From NCBI GenBank assembly GCA_964594835.1, contig CAZQNA010000001.1:192989-256988 (forward strand): a DNA stretch of 64,000 nt. Direction: 5' to 3'. Position 1 is the first letter of the stretch. The number at the start of each line of letters is the position of its first letter. Shown here one piece after another: positions 57,390 through 64,000 of the stretch. A program made the translations under genes and the position numbers. A model generated the notes under the pieces. It saw nothing but the letters and a program-made list of their open reading frames with translations. It ran no database searches and was not told the DNA's origin. The stretch is from an uncultured Nitrososphaerota archaeon (lineage in GTDB: Archaea > Korarchaeota > Korarchaeia > Korarchaeales > Korarchaeaceae).

Positions 57390-57920
57390 CTACTCCCCCT
57401 TCCACGGGAGCCTGATCTTCGACTTGAGGAACCGGAACCTCTCCTCCTTCCCCATACCCTCCAGCACGTCTTTGTACTCCTCCTCCAGGAGCCTGAGCTG
57501 GCAGTAGACGTAGAGGGCGTCGTACATGAAGAACTGCCTCTCGAGGGCCTCGTAGTCGTCCTTCACCAGGAACATGGCGCCCCTGGCGATGGCCTCCAGC
57601 CCGGCGGCCTCTGGAGAGAGGTGCCTGTCCTTCTTGATGTCCGCGGCGTGCACTATCTTGGCCAGCTCGAGGAGGGCGGGGTCGTCCAGCCCGTACCTCT
57701 CGATGATGGTCTCGAAGCTGCACTTGCCGTCGTGGTGCCCGAGCTCCACCCCGGGTATGTCGAAGGGGATTCCGTCCTCGGGCTTGAGCTCGGTCCCCGG
57801 CCACGGGACGAACTTGAACTCCGCCTCCGGGTCTATGAATCGCTTGATGAGCCACGGACAGGCGACCCTGTCCACGTGAACCCGGGCCCGCGTCACCCAC
57901 CTCAGCCGCAACCACCGCAT
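57390..57920 (-). CDS. Chromate resistance ChrB C-terminal domain protein
   Basis: WVTRARVHVDRVACPWLIKRFIDPEAEF, IPFD, CSFE and EAAGL. Confidence 0.88.
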   Translation of the reverse strand: MRWLRLRWVTRARVHVDRVACPWLIKRFIDPEAEFKFVPWPGTELKPEDGIPFDIPGVELGHHDGKCSFETIIERYGLDDPALLELAKIVHAADIKKDRHLSPEAAGLEAIARGAMFLVKDDYEALERQFFMYDALYVYCQLRLLEEEYKDVLEGMGKEERFRFLKSKIRLPWKGE

Positions 57921-57974
57921 CAGATCGCCGTCGATACCGTAAAAAGGAGGGCTTGGAGGCTGGGCCGATCCGGC

Positions 57975-59201
57975 TTGCCCTCGGGGAAGGGAGACAGATC
58001 CCCCCAGTTCAAACTCCTCTGCCTGATGGGGGCGTTTGCGATATTCAGCTCGACCGCGTCGAAGTCCCCCCTCCTCTCCTGGTTCGCCGAGTACCTGGGG
58101 GCCACGGAGTTCGAGGTCGGCCTGATAGCGTCGGCCAGCACCGTGACGGGGGTAGTGGTGAACGTCGCCGCCGGAGCCCTGTCGGACGTCTACGGGAGGA
58201 GGAGGCTCCTGCTGGCGTCCGCCTTCGTCTTCGCCTCGGCCCCCTTCATGTACCCTCTGGTGAGGGCGCCCTGGCAGCTCGGCCTCCTGAGGGTCTACCA
58301 CGGGTTGGCCACGGCCGTGTTCACCCCCGTCTCGATGGCGACCATAGCCGACATGTTCCCGCCGGAGAGCAGGGGGAAGACCATGGGGACGTTCTCGTCC
58401 GCCACGATGGTCGGGAGGCTGTTGGCGCCGGCGGCCTCGGGCGCGCTGGTCTCCGTGCAGCTGCTGGGACCCTTCCGCCTCGCCTACCTGGTGTGCGGGG
58501 CGATGGGCGCAGTGAGCCTGGCGCTGGCCCTCAGGCTGGACGTGGGCTCCGCTGGGCGCGTGGGGGTCGGGCCCAGAGAGGCCCTGAGGGGGATCTCGTC
58601 CATACTGCGAGACCCCGTCGTGCTCCTCGTCAGCTCGGCCGAGGCGGCTTCCTACTTCAGCCTCGGCGGTGTCGAGGCGTTCCTCCCTCTGTACGCCGAT
58701 TTGGTCGGCCTGGACAGGTGGGTGACTGGGATCCTGATGGGCCTGGAGATCCTGGCGATAGCCCTGGTCAAGCCCGCCGCCGGGGCCCTCTCGGACAGGC
58801 TCGGCAGGGTCAGGTTCATCCTGATCGGGCTGGCGATAGCCGCCGCGGGGTCGGCTGGCCTCTCCCTGGCCGGCGGGCCCCTGACGATAGGTCTCTGTGT
58901 CGTCGCCCACGGGGTCGGCGTGGCCACGACCACCTCCGCGACGTCCCCGCTGATCTCGGAGGTCGCTCCGACGTCGGCGGTCGGGTCTGGCCTGGGGGCG
59001 CTGGAGTCCATCAAGGACGTGGGCCACGCGTCTGGCCCCGTAGCGGCCGGCGCGCTCGCCTGGACCTTCGGATACTGGGCGGCCTTCTTGGGCGGCGCGG
59101 CGGTGCCCCTGATCGACGCGGCGGCGCTGGCCCTTCTGCTAGCCCCCTGCTCCGGGCCAGGGGTCGCTGACGTCGTGGCGCAGCGGAGCGGAAGTTTATA
59201 G
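57975..59201 (+). CDS. MFS transporter
   Basis: GALSDVYGRRR and GALSDRLGRVR, about 12 TMs. Start 57975 or 58026. Confidence 0.88.
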   Translation: MPSGKGDRSPQFKLLCLMGAFAIFSSTASKSPLLSWFAEYLGATEFEVGLIASASTVTGVVVNVAAGALSDVYGRRRLLLASAFVFASAPFMYPLVRAPWQLGLLRVYHGLATAVFTPVSMATIADMFPPESRGKTMGTFSSATMVGRLLAPAASGALVSVQLLGPFRLAYLVCGAMGAVSLALALRLDVGSAGRVGVGPREALRGISSILRDPVVLLVSSAEAASYFSLGGVEAFLPLYADLVGLDRWVTGILMGLEILAIALVKPAAGALSDRLGRVRFILIGLAIAAAGSAGLSLAGGPLTIGLCVVAHGVGVATTTSATSPLISEVAPTSAVGSGLGALESIKDVGHASGPVAAGALAWTFGYWAAFLGGAAVPLIDAAALALLLAPCSGPGVADVVAQRSGSL

Positions 59202-59231
59202 GGCGAACGCCCGACCGTGGACCGATAGGGG

Positions 59232-59912
59232 TTGTCGGAAGCCAGACCCCCCGAATCTGCCCAGCCGCCCAAGGTCTCCGTCGAGGAACTAAGGGTCAGA
59301 CTCGGCAGGCTGCTGGCGAGCCTCATCGAGCTCGCGGTCGCGATGGGACTCCTCTTCCTCCTGGGGAGGATCCTTGACGGGGCGTCGATGGAGGTCTTCG
59401 GCATCGAGATAAGCGGGTTCGAGGTCGTCGGCGTCCTCAGGCTGGCGGCCGTGGTCTACTTCGGCTACAGCATGCTCTCCGAACTCCTGTGGCTGCTCGA
59501 CATCTCGGCGAAGAGGCTTTCCAGGCTGCTTGGGCTCGCGGAGGTTCGGGGGGTCAGGAGGATAGGGCAGGACATAATCTACCTGATGGGCCTGGCCCTC
59601 GCGTGGTACGCGGTCTCACCGCTGGTGAGCCTCATCCCCCCGGGCGCGGCCAGGCTCCTGCCCTCGCTGGGCTTCCTGGCGATAGGCGTTCTCCTGCTCT
59701 ACGACCTGGCGAAGAGCATCTACAGGCTCTTCAAGGAGAAGTTCGAGAGGCTGCTCGACGGCCTCACGGAGTTCCTCGCTCGGGGCCTCCTGGAGCAGGA
59801 GGAGGGTTCGCCCGAGCTGGAGCTGGGAGGAGAGGGGGAGCCAGGGGGCGGGGAAGCGTCCCTAGGCCCCCAGCCTCAGGAGGAGGTAGACGTCGGCGAC
59901 GGCCAGGTGTAG
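59232..59912 (+). CDS. Hypothetical 4-TM membrane protein
   Basis: Four hydrophobic segments and an acidic tail. Confidence 0.6.
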   Translation: MSEARPPESAQPPKVSVEELRVRLGRLLASLIELAVAMGLLFLLGRILDGASMEVFGIEISGFEVVGVLRLAAVVYFGYSMLSELLWLLDISAKRLSRLLGLAEVRGVRRIGQDIIYLMGLALAWYAVSPLVSLIPPGAARLLPSLGFLAIGVLLLYDLAKSIYRLFKEKFERLLDGLTEFLARGLLEQEEGSPELELGGEGEPGGGEASLGPQPQEEVDVGDGQV

Positions 59913-61154
59913 GAGCGTCATCGGGGCCCCGACCTTTACGAACTCCCAGGGGGTGAACCCCGGCTCCTCCCGCTCCAGGATGCTCACCGCGATGAGGGAG
60001 GGGGGAGAGGCGAAGTAGGTGAGGCTCCCCCCGAGGTTCGCCCCGATCGCCAGGGCCCAGGCCATCAGCGAGGCGCTCGAGCCGCCGGCGGCCGCGGCCT
60101 TCTCGACTATCGGGATGAGGGTGAGGGTTATCGGGATGTTGTCCACGATCCCGCTGGCCAGCCCGGCGATCCAGAGCGTGATGGTGGAGCTGAGCGGCCA
60201 CGGGAGCCCGTAGATCGGGGCCACCTGCCTGGCCAGGAGGTCGAGCACCCCGGCCCTCTCCTCGGCCCCCACGAGCACGTAGAAGCCGGCCAGGAAGAAG
60301 AAGGTCCCCCAGTCGAGCGACCTGAGGATGTCCTCCGGCTCGGCCGCTCCCAGCCAGAGCATGGCGACCCCGCCCATCAGCGCGACTATGTCCATCGGCA
60401 CGTTAGCCCTGTCTGAGAGCGCGAGCAGCGCGATGAAGGCGACGAATATGACCCCGGAGCGGAGGAGCGACCACACGCTCTTGACGGCCCTCCAGGGATC
60501 GACGTCCACGCCCACGTGGCACTCACCGTCCCGCGTGAGGCCTCCCGTCCAGAGCCCGATCGCCGTGGTCACGGCGGCGAGCAGGAGGGCGAGCGGCGCG
60601 GTGGTGGAGACGAAGTCCGTGAACGAGAAGCCGAACTCGGCCGCCACTATGAGATTGGGGATCGAGCTGATCATCAGGCCGATGGAGCCCGCGTTGCAGG
60701 CCACCGCCTCGTAGAGGATCCACTTCCTAAGCCTGATTGGCGCCTGCCTGGCCACCGAGGCGGTGATCGCCCCGATGATGAGCATGGCCGGCAGGTTTGG
60801 GATCACTAGCGTCAGGCCCGTCGACATGAACATGAAGGCGGTGAAGAGGAGCCTGACGTTCCCCCTGACCAGCCTGACTATCCAGAGCCCGATGAACTGG
60901 AACAGGCCGGACCTGGCGAGGCCCTCCATGAGCAGGAGGACGCCCAGGATGAGCCTCATCGTCGGCCCGTCGATGAACGTAGAGACGGCCTCCTCCGGGC
61001 TGAAGATGTGGTAGACGAACCCCCCGAAGTAGACGGCCAGGGCGGCGCCCAGGAGGGCCGACACCACGCGGTGGTACTTCTCCGTCACGAGGGCGGCCAC
61101 GGTGAAGGCGAAGACCAGCATCATCACTGTCTGTCCCTGAGAGGCCTCCAGCAT
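59862..61154 (-). CDS. SLC13/ArsB/NhaD family permease
   Basis: PNLI, LDWGTFFFLAGFYVLVG, SGIVDNIP and GANLGG. Confidence 0.9.
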   Translation of the reverse strand: MLEASQGQTVMMLVFAFTVAALVTEKYHRVVSALLGAALAVYFGGFVYHIFSPEEAVSTFIDGPTMRLILGVLLLMEGLARSGLFQFIGLWIVRLVRGNVRLLFTAFMFMSTGLTLVIPNLPAMLIIGAITASVARQAPIRLRKWILYEAVACNAGSIGLMISSIPNLIVAAEFGFSFTDFVSTTAPLALLLAAVTTAIGLWTGGLTRDGECHVGVDVDPWRAVKSVWSLLRSGVIFVAFIALLALSDRANVPMDIVALMGGVAMLWLGAAEPEDILRSLDWGTFFFLAGFYVLVGAEERAGVLDLLARQVAPIYGLPWPLSSTITLWIAGLASGIVDNIPITLTLIPIVEKAAAAGGSSASLMAWALAIGANLGGSLTYFASPPSLIAVSILEREEPGFTPWEFVKVGAPMTLLHLAVADVYLLLRLGA

Positions 61155-61157
61155 ACC

Positions 61158-61418
61158 CTACTTCCTCCTGGACAGGAGATACTCGAGGGCGAGCCTCTCG
61201 ACCCTCTTCTGGAAATCCTCGTCGCCCTCCAAGGACTTAAACTCATCTTCCGACACTCCCTCCGGCATGTAGACCCTTATCTTGATGAAGGGCCTGACCG
61301 CGTAGTCCACCTGCTCTCTTATCCTGGCGTACTCGTCCATCGCAACCTCGCTTGCCCTCTTCACGGGCTTCCTGCCCAGGTTCCTCTCCTCGGACTCCGG
61401 CCGGTCCGCTGAAACCAC
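61158..61418 (-). CDS. Small hypothetical protein
   Basis: 86 aa charged protein, 3 nt upstream of the permease. Confidence 0.5.
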   Translation of the reverse strand: MVSADRPESEERNLGRKPVKRASEVAMDEYARIREQVDYAVRPFIKIRVYMPEGVSEDEFKSLEGDEDFQKRVERLALEYLLSRRK

Positions 61419-61504
61419 CCGGATGCGCGTAAGCGATGAACGTGATAAAGGGTTCTCGGCCCCGCGCGGAAAAGTAGTAATCGATCCGCCGCGAAGCGAT
61501 ACCG

Positions 61505-62758
61505 ATGGACACTAGCTACAGGGTCCGGGACATCTCCCTCGCTCCCTCGGGCGCGGAGAAGATCAGGTGGGTCTCCAGGTTCATGCCCGTCCTGCGCAGG
61601 ATTGGCGAGAGGTTCAGGGAGGAGAGGCCGCTCGAGGGCCTGAGGGTGGCCGCGTGCCTCCACGTGGAGATGAAGACGGCCTTCCTAGCCCTGACCCTGC
61701 AACAGGCGGGCGCCGAGGTGAGCCTGGCCGCGAGCAACCCGCTCACGACCCAGGACGACGTCGCCGCCGCCCTGGCTGAGGAGGGGGTGAGGGTGTTCGC
61801 CTGGAGGGGGGAGACGGAGGAGGAGTACTTCGATAACATAGACAGGGCCCTCGACGTGCGGCCTGACCTAGTGATAGACGACGGGGCCGACATGATAGCC
61901 CGCCTGCATTCTCACAGGACCGAACTCCTCGATGGGGTGATGGGCGCCACAGAGGAGACCACCACGGGGGTGATCAGGCTCAGGGTGATGGAGAGGGAGG
62001 GGACGCTCAGGATCCCGGTTGTGGCGGTGAACGACGCCCTCTGCAAGTACCTCTTCGACAACAGGTACGGGACGGGGCAGTCGACCTGGGACGGCATCAT
62101 GAGGGCCACGAACCTCTTGATCGCGGGGAAGAGGGTCGTAGTGGCTGGCTACGGCTGGGTCGGGAGGGGCATAGCGATGAGGGCCCGTGGCCTTGGGGCC
62201 AGGGTGATAGTCACCGAGGTGGATCCTGTGAGGGCTCTGGAGGCCGTCATGGACGGGTTTGAGGTCATGCCCATGTCGGAAGCCTCCAAAGTCGGGGACA
62301 TATTCGTCACCGCGACGGGAGACATCCGGATCATCGGGGCGGAGCACTTCAGGTCAATGAGGGACGGTGCAATGTTGGCCAACGCCGGTCACTTCAACGT
62401 AGAGGTGTCGGTGGAAGAGCTGGAGGCCGAGGCGGTCGAGAAGAGGCAGGTGAGACCCTGCGTGACCGAGTACAGGATGTCAGACGGCAGGAGGATCTAC
62501 CTCCTGGGCGAGGGGAGGCTGGTAAACCTCGTGTGCGCCGACGGGCACCCGGCCGAGATAATGGACATGAGCTTCTCCCTCCAGGCCCTGGCCGCGGAGT
62601 ACCTGGCGAGGAGGGGCGGGGATCTGAGCCCAGGCGTGCACCTCCTGCCAAGGGAGATCGACGAGAGGGTTGCGAGGATAAAGCTGGACTCCATGGGAGT
62701 GCGTATAGACAAGCTGAGCGAGGAGCAGAGGAGGTACCTCGAGAGCTGGAAGATCTGA
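61505..62758 (+). CDS. ahcY: Adenosylhomocysteinase
   Basis: [30 protein letters not shown] and GRLVNL...GHP. Confidence 0.96.
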   Translation: MDTSYRVRDISLAPSGAEKIRWVSRFMPVLRRIGERFREERPLEGLRVAACLHVEMKTAFLALTLQQAGAEVSLAASNPLTTQDDVAAALAEEGVRVFAWRGETEEEYFDNIDRALDVRPDLVIDDGADMIARLHSHRTELLDGVMGATEETTTGVIRLRVMEREGTLRIPVVAVNDALCKYLFDNRYGTGQSTWDGIMRATNLLIAGKRVVVAGYGWVGRGIAMRARGLGARVIVTEVDPVRALEAVMDGFEVMPMSEASKVGDIFVTATGDIRIIGAEHFRSMRDGAMLANAGHFNVEVSVEELEAEAVEKRQVRPCVTEYRMSDGRRIYLLGEGRLVNLVCADGHPAEIMDMSFSLQALAAEYLARRGGDLSPGVHLLPREIDERVARIKLDSMGVRIDKLSEEQRRYLESWKI

Positions 62759-62840
62759 AACCAAGTTCCACACGTTTCACCCCCGTTCCGAGGTCGTCTA
62801 TTATTGCCCCCCGCGACCCAGCGGGACCGGCGAGGTCGAC

Positions 62841-63737
62841 ATGGACTCGACGGTGAGGATCGGACTGGCGCTCGCCCTCGCCTCCCTGACCGTGGGCGGC
62901 GCGCTCCTGTCTGCCGCATCGGCCGACCCGGCCCCCCAGAGGGCGGTCGTTTCGAAGATCCTGAGCGAGTACGCCAGGCTCAGGTCCTACGCCCTCGACA
63001 GGGCCAGCCAGCTGAGGGAGGAGGGCAGGGAGGACGAGGCGCAGGCGATAACCGCGGCCGTCATGGAGGCGGACGACCTCCTTAGTGAGGCTCGGGACGC
63101 GTACGAGGCCGGAGACCTGGAGACAGCGGGTCAGAAGGTTAGAGAAGCCTTCAACATCATAAGAGAATCCCTCAGGGGAACCGGAGAGGCGCCTGGGATC
63201 TCCGCCGCCAGGAGAGTGGCGGCCGGCATTGAGAGAAACAGGAGGATTCTCAAGAGACTTTCGACCGTCGTGGTCAGGCTCAGGAGCATGGGAATCGACG
63301 TTTCAGGGTTGGAATCTTCTCTAGAATCTGCTTCGATACTCCTCGACGAGGCCCAGTCTCTCCTAGAGAGGGGGCAGGTCAGAGAGGCCGCTGGGAAGCT
63401 TGTCGAGGCCCACAGGATCCTCGAGAGGGTTGCCCGGGAGATCAGAGAGATTGTCAGTAGGATCAGGCGCGTAAACGTCACTGACAGGGCCGAGAGTATA
63501 GTGGAACTCGCGGAGAAGACCATCTCCAGGCTTCAGGAACTCGAAGATAGGCTCACAGAGGCGAACCGCACGGACGCGGCGGCGAGAGTCGCCGAGGTGA
63601 GTGGACAGTTCCAGGACCTCCTCTCCCAGTTCAGGGAGCAGGTCCAGGCTGGAGACGAGGAGGGGGCCAGGCACACGCTCTCCCAGATGGTATCTATCCT
63701 TAGGAGCCTGGCCCGATACCTCAGGGCCCGACGCTGA
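62841..63737 (+). CDS. Secreted all-helical repeat protein
   Basis: Signal peptide followed by three similar helical units (EA..AYEAGD, AQSLLERGQ, QVQAGD). Confidence 0.7.
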   Translation: MDSTVRIGLALALASLTVGGALLSAASADPAPQRAVVSKILSEYARLRSYALDRASQLREEGREDEAQAITAAVMEADDLLSEARDAYEAGDLETAGQKVREAFNIIRESLRGTGEAPGISAARRVAAGIERNRRILKRLSTVVVRLRSMGIDVSGLESSLESASILLDEAQSLLERGQVREAAGKLVEAHRILERVAREIREIVSRIRRVNVTDRAESIVELAEKTISRLQELEDRLTEANRTDAAARVAEVSGQFQDLLSQFREQVQAGDEEGARHTLSQMVSILRSLARYLRARR

Positions 63738-63772
63738 GGGTCTAAGGGATCTGCTGGGGGCGCGCCCACCCC

Positions 63773-63806
63773 CCGCGGTTCGAGGGTCGAACCGCGGCCC
63801 TTTTTT
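63773..63806 (+). terminator. Hairpin plus T6 (terminator or operator/promoter)
   Basis: CCGCGGTTCGA-GGG-TCGAACCGCGG followed by CCC TTTTTT. Confidence 0.5.
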
Positions 63807-63852
63807 ATCCCCCGATTCGGGCGGGAGGCACCGAGTTCAGGAGGTGTGACTC

Positions 63853-64000
63853 TTGGAAAAGATGTATCTCGCCGTGATCGCTGTCATAGTGATCTTGGCG
63901 GTGGCCGGCGCCCTGCTGATCCCGACCGGGGACCACGAGGAGTCACCAAGGACGACCTCTCCGCCTCACACGACCTCTCAGCCGGTAACCACGGCCCCGC
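63853..64000 (+). CDS. Membrane-anchored/secreted protein, 3'-truncated by the window edge
   Basis: RBS GAGGTG, then TTG, hydrophobic leader YLAVIAVIVILAVAGALLIP and a T/S/P-rich linker. Confidence 0.6.
   Translation, partial: MEKMYLAVIAVIVILAVAGALLIPTGDHEESPRTTSPPHTTSQPVTTAP

Noticed and set aside
57390-59201. Mutually overlapping 545-aa and 526-aa ORFs
   Set aside because: GC-rich open-frame extensions. The true genes (ChrB-like and MFS) are divergent and do not overlap.
59862-59912. About 50-nt convergent 3' overlaps (also 15662-15711)
   Set aside because: Common in compact GC-rich archaeal genomes; no further signal.
1-64000. Integrated element at the tRNA, CRISPR array, transposase or rRNA
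   Set aside because: No duplicate of the tRNA 3' end, integrase, transposase motif, regular repeats or rRNA signature was noticed by eye.

Overview
Gene-dense, GC-rich archaeal chromosomal segment. TATA-like promoters, apparently leaderless starts, Tsr3, a Trm5-family enzyme, AOR and a BHB-spliced tRNA point to a thermophilic archaeon. An ATL-EndoV fusion is compatible with Korarchaeota, but the taxon is only inferred. The window holds about 60 genes: TldD/PmbA, molybdopterin biosynthesis (moaA, moaC, moaD-moaE fusion), a four-subunit dye-linked proline/sarcosine-type dehydrogenase, adk, tRNA/rRNA modifiers, two ABC exporter loci, hom-AOR, radical SAM enzymes, larA, mtaD and ahcY. The strongest signal missing from the ORF track is a minus-strand tRNA-Trp(CCA) at 25270-25436 with three BHB-type introns (17/17a, 37/38, 59/60) and a possible fourth intron nested in the first. 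Other candidates for undescribed systems are two paralogous 8-TM sensors fused to an inactive KaiC/DUF835-like domain plus an intact KaiC-like ATPase, a LysW-like zinc ribbon with a long acidic tail beside an orphan CofE-like ligase, a CARF-HTH regulator coupled to adk, a hom-AOR operon, and a prenyl synthase-UbiE-B12 radical SAM cluster. No CRISPR array, rRNA or transposase was seen. All protein calls come from motif recognition by eye, without database searches.
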